Shown: positions 20,687-29,750 of the stretch, piece by piece
How positions within the stretch are numbered: the first letter of the stretch is position 1
Layout: every line of letters starts with the position of its first letter
Virus record (IMG/VR): IMGVR_UViG_3300046167_000798
Origin: a virus
Lineage: Duplodnaviria > Caudoviricetes
Direction: 5' to 3' (one strand)
Length of the DNA stretch: 64,000 nucleotides
Position numbers and translations under genes: made by a program
The notes under the pieces: model-generated
What the model was told of the DNA's origin: nothing
The model's input: the letters and a program-made list of their open reading frames with translations, nothing else
The model's database searches: none

Positions 20687-22396
20687 TTAACGTATCTTTT
20701 TACGAACTACATAAGAACCAAGTATCAACACATCCATCTCACAATTTAAAAATGTTTTAATTGCATCTTCTGGTGTGAGAACCATTGTTTGGTCTTTTAA
20801 ATTAAATGAAGTATTAATAACAATTGGAAATCCAATTAGTTTTTCTAGTTCACCGAGTATTTGATAAACATATCTAGCTCTTGTATTTGTTAGAGTCTGA
20901 ACTCTTGATGATTTATCTACATGAGTTATAGATGGTAATTTATTTATAAATCTATCAACTACCTTTACTACTTGATTCATATATGGTATATCAGAATCAT
21001 ATTCAAAATAAGTGGTTAATGCTTCTCTTTTACATATAGGAGCAAATGGTCTGAATCCTTCTCTCTTTTTAATTACTTTATTTAATCGAGATTTCATTTG
21101 AGGGTCACATGGATTTGCGAATATACATCTACTTCCTAATGCTCGTGCACCAAACTCCATTCTTCCTTGAAACCATCCTATAATATTATTTTCAGATATT
21201 AATTCAGCAGTATAAGGTATTAATACATCACTTGGTTTCCATTCATAGTAAACATCTAAGTGATAATCATTAAGTGCCTTTAACATATCTTGTTTACTAT
21301 AATCAGGACCTAAATATGGATTAGTATTATCATGTCTATCAATATCAATACCTTTGTAAAAACTTTCAAGAGCAACTCCAATCGAAGAACCAGCATCTGA
21401 TGGTGCTGGTGGTATCCAAATATTTTGAAACTTTGTTTTTTCTTTTATCTTACCATTTGCAGTTCCATTATAAGCACATCCACCACTCAAACATAAGTTC
21501 GGTGTTTCTGTTATTCTATGTAATCTGTTTAATAATTTAAAGAAATATTTTTCATATTGAAATTGTACCGATGCAGCTAAATCTTTATAATCTTGTGTTA
21601 GTTCTTCTTCTGGTAATCTATTTGATATACCTAAATGTTCTGATAGTTTTGCGTTAAACATATGGTCATCAGACCAATCATATTCAAAATATTCCATATT
21701 TAATTCATATCCACCATCTTTAGTAGAATAAATTATATCTTCAAATTTTAAATTATATTTTTCAGGATTACCATATGGAGCTAATCCCATAACTTTATAC
21801 TCACCCTCGTTTGGTTTGAATCCTAAGAAAGCAGTAAATGAAGAATAAAACATTCCCAATGAATGTGGGAAATCTATACTTTGTAATTCTTTTATTTTAT
21901 TCTTATCACCATAAGATAAAGAAGTTGTTTTCCACTCACCAACACCATCTACTGATAATATAGCTGATGTTTTAAATGGAGAAGTATAGTAGGTATATGA
22001 TAGGTGAGAATCGTGATGATTACCAAAAATAACCTTAGTATTTTTACCTCTATACTTATCTATATTTTTATTTAATAAATTATAAGATTCAGTATTTCTG
22101 TTTATTATTTTTTTTCTATTGAAATATTTCCAAATACCACCTCTTTTTGTAGATTCTGTAATTCTATCTAATTTTGTTATTGGGTTTTCGTAAAAACATA
22201 TCTCAGATATATCTTCTTTGGAAATACTAAATTTATCAAAAAACCAATTTAAGGTATTATGTGGAAATGAAGAATCGTGTTTTATACCTGTGAATCTTTC
22301 TTCCTCACAAGCAGCGATAACTTTACCATCTTTAATCAAAGAGGCAGCTGAATCGTGATATCCACAACTTATTCCTATAACATATTTTACTTTCAT
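20687..22396 (-). CDS. Carbamoyltransferase, NodU/CmcH family
   Basis: GISCGYHDSAA, EEERF..IKH, HHDSH, DGVGE, EGEYKVMGLAPYG, SGGCAYN, SDAG, GARALG, REGFRPFAP, NTSFN. Confidence 0.93.
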   Translation of the reverse strand: MKVKYVIGISCGYHDSAASLIKDGKVIAACEEERFTGIKHDSSFPHNTLNWFFDKFSISKEDISEICFYENPITKLDRITESTKRGGIWKYFNRKKIINRNTESYNLLNKNIDKYRGKNTKVIFGNHHDSHLSYTYYTSPFKTSAILSVDGVGEWKTTSLSYGDKNKIKELQSIDFPHSLGMFYSSFTAFLGFKPNEGEYKVMGLAPYGNPEKYNLKFEDIIYSTKDGGYELNMEYFEYDWSDDHMFNAKLSEHLGISNRLPEEELTQDYKDLAASVQFQYEKYFFKLLNRLHRITETPNLCLSGGCAYNGTANGKIKEKTKFQNIWIPPAPSDAGSSIGVALESFYKGIDIDRHDNTNPYLGPDYSKQDMLKALNDYHLDVYYEWKPSDVLIPYTAELISENNIIGWFQGRMEFGARALGSRCIFANPCDPQMKSRLNKVIKKREGFRPFAPICKREALTTYFEYDSDIPYMNQVVKVVDRFINKLPSITHVDKSSRVQTLTNTRARYVYQILGELEKLIGFPIVINTSFNLKDQTMVLTPEDAIKTFLNCEMDVLILGSYVVRKKIR

Positions 22397-22398
22397 TC

Positions 22399-23148
22399 CT
22401 ATAAATAATCAGTATCTATATATCTATCATCTTCCCAAAATGTTTCTTTTTTATCAACAATCAATTCTCCATGATGTAAATAATCGTTTAACATTTTTTT
22501 CTGATGCTTTTTCATTACATTTACAACTTTAGTAATGTAGTGAGTTTTACAATCAGTCATTTCTCTGATAAGTAGATATAAATGTTTTTTGTTAAAGTTT
22601 TCTATATGTTCACTTCTTCTAAATAATTCTAATATCGCATCTGCTATTTGTAAATCTCTTTTCTTTGTAAATACTGAATTTAAATTATTATCCCAATAAG
22701 TTAACATCATCTGCTTGAATTCCTTAAATTCATTATTTTCTTCAACTTCATTAAAATCATTTTCAGGATTCCATGTTTCTGGCATTTGTGAAAGAAGATT
22801 ATTCTGTTTCCATCTTTTGTAGTTACCATTATTCTTTAAAATCAAATGGTTCTTTGCAATAATAGTAAAGTAAGAAAACGCTCTACCCTTTCCCTCTTTG
22901 AACATATGTATTTTTTCTACCATTGTAGAAACTACTTCTGTTTGGACATCTTTTTTTGGTACATCGAAATAAGTAAACTTGAATGTATTAAGAACATTTT
23001 CTGCAAGTTTTTCGAATGGATATTTGATTCTTTCTTCATATATTTTAGACCTTTCAATAGGGTCAGTTGAGTTATTATATTCTACTATAGCTTCTTGAGC
23101 AGGTGTTCCAAAGTATATCTTGGATTTTTTTCTTCTAGGTCTTGGCAT
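22399..23148 (-). CDS. Late-transcription sigma factor, T4 gp55-like
   Basis: sigma-2-like region KLAENVLNTFKF...VEKIHMFKEGKGRAFSYFTIIAKN, resembling the gp55 AFxYFTxI motif. Confidence 0.65.
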   Translation of the reverse strand: MPRPRRKKSKIYFGTPAQEAIVEYNNSTDPIERSKIYEERIKYPFEKLAENVLNTFKFTYFDVPKKDVQTEVVSTMVEKIHMFKEGKGRAFSYFTIIAKNHLILKNNGNYKRWKQNNLLSQMPETWNPENDFNEVEENNEFKEFKQMMLTYWDNNLNSVFTKKRDLQIADAILELFRRSEHIENFNKKHLYLLIREMTDCKTHYITKVVNVMKKHQKKMLNDYLHHGELIVDKKETFWEDDRYIDTDYL

Positions 23149-23149
23149 A

Positions 23150-23425
23150 TTATAATTCTCTATTTAAGGTTTCAACAATTTTTTTTAATTCTAAGAAGGT
23201 TACTCCTACTTCATCATCCTTTTCAAATACTTCTCTATTATCAAGTTCTCTCATTTTATCGAGAGCAGTTCCAACAGACTGTATGGTATCATTAGTAGTT
23301 TTAACTAATCTATCTTCGAGTTGTTCGTTTTGTTTTAATAGGTTTCGAACTCCTATTAGTAGTACAATATTTATGACTACTGAAATTCCTATAATAATAT
23401 TATAGGTAGTTAATAATTCTATCAT
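23150..23425 (-). CDS. N-terminally membrane-anchored coiled-coil protein
   Basis: Hydrophobic IIIGISVVINIVLLIGV followed by a coiled coil. Confidence 0.55.
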   Translation of the reverse strand: MIELLTTYNIIIGISVVINIVLLIGVRNLLKQNEQLEDRLVKTTNDTIQSVGTALDKMRELDNREVFEKDDEVGVTFLELKKIVETLNREL

Positions 23426-24033
23426 GAATTTGGTTTTAATTTTATATCATAACCACTAAACTTATTCATATAAGAAGTGATTTTTGTTCCATTACCATCT
23501 CTAAAAACTTTTCCATTTTTAAAGTATCGTTTTACAGAACCCTGTCCTCCAAGATGTGCTGCTGCCAATATACCACTTTCTGTTATTAACATTCCATTAA
23601 CAGTTTGTCCATCGAATACATCAATATACTTTTGTAATTTTTCTTTGTTGTGTAGTAATAAAGCCATCATTGCTTCTTCTTGTAGTTGTGGGTTATTTAG
23701 AAATTCTTGTTTAGTTACTTTAAATCCTAATCCTTTTAAAGTACTTCTTCCAAATTGATACTTACCCATGTATCCCCATCGATTTACAACATCATATCTA
23801 TTTGTTGATTCTCGATGTCCAATAGCATTTAAAAAGTTTTCTAACTCTTGTTTATGATATTGTTCTATTCTAATTCTTTCTTGTTCGATTTTTAAGAGTT
23901 CTAATTCTCTTTCTTTTTCTAAATCAACTAACATAGTTTCTATGCTGTTTGATTTATCTTTTGTTACTGCGGAATCAATCATTCCAAACGATAGTAGTGA
24001 AACTACTAACGTAAATATTATCTGTCTTTTCAT
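23422..24033 (-). CDS. Secreted lysozyme/transglycosylase-like protein
   Basis: Signal-like N-terminus; LNAIGHRES (catalytic Glu), GYMGKYQFG, ILAAAHLGG, DGNGTKITSY. Confidence 0.7.
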   Translation of the reverse strand: MKRQIIFTLVVSLLSFGMIDSAVTKDKSNSIETMLVDLEKERELELLKIEQERIRIEQYHKQELENFLNAIGHRESTNRYDVVNRWGYMGKYQFGRSTLKGLGFKVTKQEFLNNPQLQEEAMMALLLHNKEKLQKYIDVFDGQTVNGMLITESGILAAAHLGGQGSVKRYFKNGKVFRDGNGTKITSYMNKFSGYDIKLKPNS

Positions 24034-24066
24034 AAGGTCTCCCCTTTAATTAAACATATTATTCCA

Positions 24067-24100
24067 CTAATATACGAAAAAAATTCCATATATCCAAGCA
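24067..24100 (-). promoter_or_regulatory. Early-type promoter
   Basis: TTG-gatatatggaatttttttcg-TATATTAG. Confidence 0.65.
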
Positions 24101-24115
24101 AAAAGTAATAAATTT

Positions 24116-24364
24116 TTAGGCTTCTCCTTGTGGGCCATAATACATCCCACTCATAACTTCTTCTTCAGTTGAAGAGGTTTCTTCAAAACCATCAAGAATA
24201 CGTTGAGTACTTTCGATGTTTTTTTCTAACCTAGATTCTAGTTCATCTTCGGTTATTATTCCACTATCTATTATAATATCTATAAGAGTTTGCATAACAA
24301 CATTTTGAGTTAACAATCTATCGTTAAGTTTTTTTATGTGTATTCTTTGTGATGTTAAGCTCAT
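24116..24364 (-). CDS. Hypothetical protein
   Basis: 82-aa ORF in an overlapping gene run. Confidence 0.55.
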   Translation of the reverse strand: MSLTSQRIHIKKLNDRLLTQNVVMQTLIDIIIDSGIITEDELESRLEKNIESTQRILDGFEETSSTEEEVMSGMYYGPQGEA

Positions 24365-24590
24365 TTAATAGTTCCTTTAATTCGTTTTTATTTTCACTTC
24401 CATAAACCAAATCACCAAATGATTTTTTGATACTATTATTACCATACCCCATTGCAGAGGCCATTCTTATACAAACAACCTTGTATTCATTAATGTCCAT
24501 ATCATCTGGTACATCAAGTTCTACTTTACTTGCTTCTCTATTATTCTCAATAAAGTCTTTGTCTGTATAGCTAAATATAAGTTTTCCCAT
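24324..24590 (-). CDS. Hypothetical protein
   Basis: 88-aa ORF in an overlapping gene run. Confidence 0.55.
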   Translation of the reverse strand: MGKLIFSYTDKDFIENNREASKVELDVPDDMDINEYKVVCIRMASAMGYGNNSIKKSFGDLVYGSENKNELKELLNELNITKNTHKKT

Positions 24591-24602
24591 GTTTTCGTTT
24601 AA

Positions 24603-25223
24603 TTATAAGATTTCAGCACCTACTGATAACAGAGGTTCTGCTTTCTTGTATTTCATAAATTGAGTAGAACCATCCGATAATTTTACCATCACTCTTTCAT
24701 TTCTACCGTATTTTTTTTCAGATTTAATTGTAGTAGTGTATCTTCTTGATGAATCTGTTATAAGGATTCCATTAAGATGGTCTATCTCATGTTGAGCACA
24801 TACACACTCTAGTAATCCTTCATCTCCAAAAAATTCCTCAGAATCTTTCCATTCTTTTCCTTCTTCAATATCAGGTGAAAATATAACTGTTCCTAAATTA
24901 TCACACTCTACTGTAAATGATTTATGTCTTAAAGTTTTAACTGGTTTTTTCATTGTCTTATCTAACGATAAACATTGTTCTACATAAACAACTGTTTCTT
25001 TAGATACTTCTACAACTTTTGGATTAACTAATAGTAATGGTTCTTTTACGTTTATTAAACAAACTCTATCTGTTAAACCTATTTGATTTGCAGATAATCC
25101 CAACCCACCATATCTAGTTAATTCGGTTGTTAATTTTTTTGAAATATTATCTATTTGCTCTTGTGTCATCGGTGTATATTCTAAAACCGATTTTAATTTA
25201 CTTGGGTCTTTAATTAGTTTCAT
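24603..25223 (-). CDS. def: Peptide deformylase
   Basis: GLGLSANQIG (motif 1), EQCLS (motif 2), QHEIDHLNG (HExxH). Confidence 0.92.
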   Translation of the reverse strand: MKLIKDPSKLKSVLEYTPMTQEQIDNISKKLTTELTRYGGLGLSANQIGLTDRVCLINVKEPLLLVNPKVVEVSKETVVYVEQCLSLDKTMKKPVKTLRHKSFTVECDNLGTVIFSPDIEEGKEWKDSEEFFGDEGLLECVCAQHEIDHLNGILITDSSRRYTTTIKSEKKYGRNERVMVKLSDGSTQFMKYKKAEPLLSVGAEIL

Positions 25224-25473
25224 CGAATAAATTTAATTGTTTTGTTACTAATTTTTTAGTTGTATAATCTCCACCAAAAGGTCTTTCATAAACTGTTATT
25301 CCTTTATCTGGTGATTCAAAGATTTTAATATCTTTATGTTTTTCAAAGTACTCTTGATTTTTTCTGTATATATCTCGTACTGCTTTTCCCAATTCCATAT
25401 CGTTTGGATATTGTTTTACTAATTTTTCTATATTCATTATTCTGCTATGTTTAAATATTTTTCTAATAACCAA
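25210..25473 (-). CDS. Hypothetical protein
   Basis: ORF containing YPNDMELG and IFESPDKG..VY.R. Confidence 0.5.
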   Translation of the reverse strand: MVIRKIFKHSRIMNIEKLVKQYPNDMELGKAVRDIYRKNQEYFEKHKDIKIFESPDKGITVYERPFGGDYTTKKLVTKQLNLFDETN

Positions 25474-25910
25474 GATGAAGATTGTACTTTATCTCCCAAT
25501 CCCCATACTGAATCTATTCCATATGAGTTACATACATCATTCTCTGGTGTAGTTGTTTCTGTTCTATCTCCACCATTACCAAAGGCCATTTTACCTTCTA
25601 TATCATCACTATATGTAGTATGCCATTTATGTTTTGCATGGTCAATAAAATCAATTGCTGTATCATCTCCATGTATAAGTGGATTCATTACATAAACATA
25701 ATCTACATCTCTTAAAGATTCCATTATAAACTTTCGTTCTCCTTCTTTCATAAACGATTTGCCTTTTTTTCTCCTTAACCAACTATCGTTGTTAAGTCCT
25801 ATCCAAACTTGTTCTGCTAACTTCTTAGCATTTTGGATACATTCGATATGACCTTTATGTACAGGGTCAAATCCCCCACTAATTAAAATTACTTTATATT
25901 TTTTACTCAT
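25437..25910 (-). CDS. Cytidylyltransferase-like (HIGH-family) protein
   Basis: SGGFDPVHKGH, GLNNDSWLRRKKG, FGNGGDR. Confidence 0.88.
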   Translation of the reverse strand: MSKKYKVILISGGFDPVHKGHIECIQNAKKLAEQVWIGLNNDSWLRRKKGKSFMKEGERKFIMESLRDVDYVYVMNPLIHGDDTAIDFIDHAKHKWHTTYSDDIEGKMAFGNGGDRTETTTPENDVCNSYGIDSVWGLGDKVQSSSWLLEKYLNIAE

Positions 25911-26880
25911 CTTTAAGTTTGTTAATTATATTTTCAGCTATTATCTCATGACATAGTTTTGATGGATGTTCATCTCTATGTGTTTTTCTATTAAATGGTA
26001 TAACATCCTTATCATTATCAATCATCATCTTTACACCCTTACACTCCTCACAGTATTTAGTTCCAGAACAATGTTGTTCTGTATTAGTGTAATGCATTTG
26101 CAATTCATCAATAGAATTATAAGTAAATCCTTTATAGTTAAAAGGAATATGGATATTTTTTAAAAAAGGTCTATCTTTTATTGCCTTCCAATAATCTCCA
26201 TTCCAATTTAGTAGATAAACTTTTTTACCCATCTCTGAGTATTTTTTTAAAACAGATTCAACTCTATCCATTACCTGTTCTGTATGTATCTTTTCAAAAT
26301 CATCAAAGGTATAGTTGTTATCAATTAACCAATCAATGAATATTCTTTCTCCTATTTTTTTAGAATGTTGTCTTTCTTGAACACCTTGGCCTTGAACAAA
26401 TACCATTTCAGATACTCTTTCAAAATTCTGTAAGTTTGGAGTTGACCACATTTTGTAATCTTTGTTATTATATTTAAATTCAAAATCACATCTATATGGT
26501 TGAGTTGTTTGAAAGAAAATATAATCAACATTATCTATATCATAGTTTTTCTTTACCATACTGTATTTATTTGTTGAAATATCAGTATTACCAAAAACCT
26601 CATCTATAAAACGAATAGATTCATCATCACTTCCACCATTGTATCTTTTTACAATAGGAGTTCCATTTAAATATTCTGCAACTTTAGTTGGCCATCCTAA
26701 TGTTTTATGTAGTTCATATGCTTCTTCAGGAACTCTTATAGATTTCCACTCCACATCCATATTATCCTTACCACCTGTATATTCAATTGACATTGGTATT
26801 TTGATATCTTTATCATAATACATCCATAGCCCCTGTCCCCAGGTAAATGAACATCCACTAAATATTATTCCTTTTTGCAT
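25903..26880 (-). CDS. SGNH-like hydrolase/acyltransferase
   Basis: IIFSGCSFTWGQG near the N-terminus and DEHPS near the C-terminus. Confidence 0.55.
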   Translation of the reverse strand: MQKGIIFSGCSFTWGQGLWMYYDKDIKIPMSIEYTGGKDNMDVEWKSIRVPEEAYELHKTLGWPTKVAEYLNGTPIVKRYNGGSDDESIRFIDEVFGNTDISTNKYSMVKKNYDIDNVDYIFFQTTQPYRCDFEFKYNNKDYKMWSTPNLQNFERVSEMVFVQGQGVQERQHSKKIGERIFIDWLIDNNYTFDDFEKIHTEQVMDRVESVLKKYSEMGKKVYLLNWNGDYWKAIKDRPFLKNIHIPFNYKGFTYNSIDELQMHYTNTEQHCSGTKYCEECKGVKMMIDNDKDVIPFNRKTHRDEHPSKLCHEIIAENIINKLKDE

Positions 26881-26890
26881 ATTATCTTAT

Positions 26891-26923
26891 ACAAAGATAC
26901 GAAAATTATTTAACATATCCAAA
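26891..26923 (-). promoter_or_regulatory. Early promoter, full Bacteroidota consensus
   Basis: TTTG-gatatgttaaataattttcg-TATCTTTG (20-nt spacer). Confidence 0.8.
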
Positions 26924-26924
26924 T

Positions 26925-27893
26925 TTATTTCCAATTAAATCCTGCACCCATATGTCCGAACGCTGCTGAATCACCAAAGATTGGTTTTCTGAGTTCTAAG
27001 AAATCAATTATTCCTTTAGGTGATAAATCATATCCTTTGATAAATTCATGTTCTCCATCAACGATTGCAGTTGCTTGAAGTGGTTGGTCATATCCAATCG
27101 CATAAGCAAGTTGAACCATCACTTCTTGTACCTCTGGTCTTTGTTCTAAAATATCTACAGCAATTCTTCTTCCCATATAAGCTGCACTTCTATCAACCTT
27201 AGTAGAATCTTTTCCACTAAATGCTCCTCCACCGAGTGGAACTCTTGGGCCGTAATTATCAACTGCTAACTTTCCTACCAGTTAACCCAGCATCGGCAGT
27301 GAACCCACCAATGTTCCAATCACCTGCAGGATTACAATGTAATGCCTTCAATAAAAGTATTCAGGATAATCTTCAAAGTATTCCATTACTAATTGTTGTA
27401 ACTTATCTGATGGTGCGTTCTGAAATGAACATACAACTCTAAGTGAGTTACCATTCATAGTAACTTGAGTTTTACCATCGTAAGGATATTTACTAAATAC
27501 GTGCTTATTAAGTTCTCTTGATAAGAAATATTCTTGTGGTAAAAATTCTTTATTATCTCTACAAGCATAGCCAATCATAATTCCTTGGTCTCCTGCTCCA
27601 CCAGTATCAACTCCATTTGCAATCTCTGTTGATTGTGAGTTGATATTAATGATAACATTAATTGTATCATCAGTAGTTACATCATGAACTACCTTTACAA
27701 TGTTTTCTCTTGTTACTACGGCATTTGAAGTAACTTCTCCTGTGATATAAACTTCTCCCATACCACCACAAGTTTCAATTGCTACTCGTGAGTTTGGGTC
27801 TTGTTGTAAATGTAAATCTAATAATGTGTCTGATATTCTATCGCACATTTTGTCTGGATGCATCGGTGATACACATTCTGCGGTTCTAATCAT
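26925..27893 (-). CDS. metK: S-adenosylmethionine synthetase; three +1 insertions
   Basis: HPDKMCDRISD, GAGDQG, DGKTQV, DAGLTGRK, GGGAFSGKD.TKVDRSAAY. The breaks are extra T, G and A bases in homopolymers at about 27265-27356. Confidence 0.9.
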
Positions 27894-28000
27894 TTATTTA
27901 GTTTTTGTTGTAACTTCTGAATTTGTAATTTAATTTTTTGTGTTTGTGGTTTCTGAAGTTTTAGTTCTACGATTTTTTTTACTATTTCTTGGTTTGTCAT
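27890..28000 (-). CDS. Small basic protein, 36 aa
   Basis: MTNQEIVKKIVELKLQKPQTQKIKLQIQKLQQKLNK fills the thyA-metK gap, with an ATGA overlap. Confidence 0.5.
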   Translation of the reverse strand: MTNQEIVKKIVELKLQKPQTQKIKLQIQKLQQKLNK

Positions 28001-28001
28001 A

Positions 28002-28910
28002 TTAATTACTTAATGGTGCTTTAATTGTTGGGTGATATTTGTATCCTTCTATTTCATAATCCCATTCTCCATTTAAAATATCTACGTTAGATAATTTTAT
28101 TGTTGGTAATGTAAAAGAACTTCTTAATCTTTGTTCTTCTGCTTGTTCAATATGATTTTTATATAAATGAGTATCACCTAAGTTCCCAATCAGTTCACCT
28201 GGTTCTAAATTTGTTTCTTCACATAATAAGAGTAGTAGAGTACCATAGGATGCAATATTAAATGGTAACCCTAAGAATGTATCTACTGAACGTTGATTCC
28301 ACATTAGAGATAACTTACCATCGTTTACATAACATTGAAATCCATAATGACAAGGAGGAAGAACTACTAGAGGTAGTTCACTTACGTTCCAAGCTGATAC
28401 CATCAATCTTCTACTATCAGGATTGTTCTTTATATTATCAATAAGTTCTTTGATTTGGTCTTTACCACCTTTGTTTATCTCACCTGCAACTGGTGACCAT
28501 TCTCTCCATTGTTTACCATAGATTGGTCCAAGTTTACCCCAACTAGATGCAAATGATTCATCTTCTTTAATATGTTGTATAAATTCTTTTTGGGTAAACA
28601 TATCATCATGATATTCTGATGGATGTGCTTTACAATATGCTTTATACGCATCTCCATCCCAAATATGACAATTGTTATCAACTAAGTATTTGATATTAGT
28701 ATCTCCTTTTAAGAACCACTTCAATTCAGTCATCATAGTTTTAACTGCCATCTTCTTTGTGGTTAGTAAAGGAAACCCTTCACTCATATCATGTCTAATT
28801 TGTTTACCAAATACAGATATAGTACCTGTACCGGTTCTATCTCCCTTTTCTTTTCCTTCTAATAAGATATCTTGTAATATCCCTTGGTATCTTAAATCTA
28901 AACTATTCAT
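28002..28910 (-). CDS. thyA: Thymidylate synthase
   Basis: DRTGTGT, FPLLTTKK, LGPIYGKQWR, PDSRR, LPPCH, NQRSVDTFLGLPFNIASY, GDTHLYKNH. Confidence 0.97.
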   Translation of the reverse strand: MNSLDLRYQGILQDILLEGKEKGDRTGTGTISVFGKQIRHDMSEGFPLLTTKKMAVKTMMTELKWFLKGDTNIKYLVDNNCHIWDGDAYKAYCKAHPSEYHDDMFTQKEFIQHIKEDESFASSWGKLGPIYGKQWREWSPVAGEINKGGKDQIKELIDNIKNNPDSRRLMVSAWNVSELPLVVLPPCHYGFQCYVNDGKLSLMWNQRSVDTFLGLPFNIASYGTLLLLLCEETNLEPGELIGNLGDTHLYKNHIEQAEEQRLRSSFTLPTIKLSNVDILNGEWDYEIEGYKYHPTIKAPLSN

Positions 28911-28911
28911 A

Positions 28912-29214
28912 TTATGCTGTCATTCCATCATAGGATTCTTCTCCTGCCTTTATTGGTCTTATAGAGTGTAATATTCTTTCTTCTGTATTGGTACTGATAT
29001 AACAATTAGGATTTTCACTATGATTGATAAATCCACCAAGAGGAGTTCGTACCCATTCTCTTCTTGTAGTTGAAACTGAGAATACATGAGTTTCACCAAA
29101 TACTTCTCCAGCTGAGAAATCTCTCTCTGCAGTTAACCCCAAACCTTCAATTGCACTTCCCATTATTGTTAACCCTTCTGGCAATGGTCTGTATGTATCT
29201 TCAAATTGTTTCAT
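28912..29214 (-). CDS. SET-domain protein (C-terminal motif atypical)
   Basis: SAIEGLGLTAERDF..GE, GGFINHSENPNC, RPIKAGEE. It ends EESYDGMTA instead of ELxxDY. Confidence 0.75.
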   Translation of the reverse strand: MKQFEDTYRPLPEGLTIMGSAIEGLGLTAERDFSAGEVFGETHVFSVSTTRREWVRTPLGGFINHSENPNCYISTNTEERILHSIRPIKAGEESYDGMTA

Positions 29215-29750
29215 TTTAATTTTTTTGCTTTAAAAGTATTATTATCTAAACTATCCCATTCTATTCTTTCATCGGAATTGAAATGATTGGTAGTTATAAA
29301 TTCATCATCTCTAATACAAATATGTGGACTGCTGTATATATTAAAGTTACGTTTTTTTAATTCTAATAATCCAGTACACCTAGTATGTACACACATATCC
29401 CAATCCATACCTCCAACTAAAATATTATCATCTTCAGTAAATACATTAAATATATTATCTGAATCTTTCATTCCATAATATTCTTCTCCTCTTTTATTAA
29501 GAACATATGAATTAATATTATTTTCTTTTATATAACTATCAATTAAATAATGAGGATATTCATCATAATTTTGTTCACCTGCATTTGATATAACTATATT
29601 TTTGAATTCAAATGAATTTAAATTATTTAGTAATTTATATATTGTTTTATCAGATAATATAATATCACACAAACCATTTGTTTTATAGTTATGTCTTTTT
29701 ATAACATCATCATTCCATAAATCTATTAATACTAAGTAATCAAATATCAT
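29211..29750 (-). CDS. Cysteine hydrolase/isochorismatase-like protein
   Basis: LVLIDLW near the N-terminus and ILVGGMDWDMCV match the family's Asp and Cys positions. Confidence 0.4.
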   Translation of the reverse strand: MIFDYLVLIDLWNDDVIKRHNYKTNGLCDIILSDKTIYKLLNNLNSFEFKNIVISNAGEQNYDEYPHYLIDSYIKENNINSYVLNKRGEEYYGMKDSDNIFNVFTEDDNILVGGMDWDMCVHTRCTGLLELKKRNFNIYSSPHICIRDDEFITTNHFNSDERIEWDSLDNNTFKAKKLK

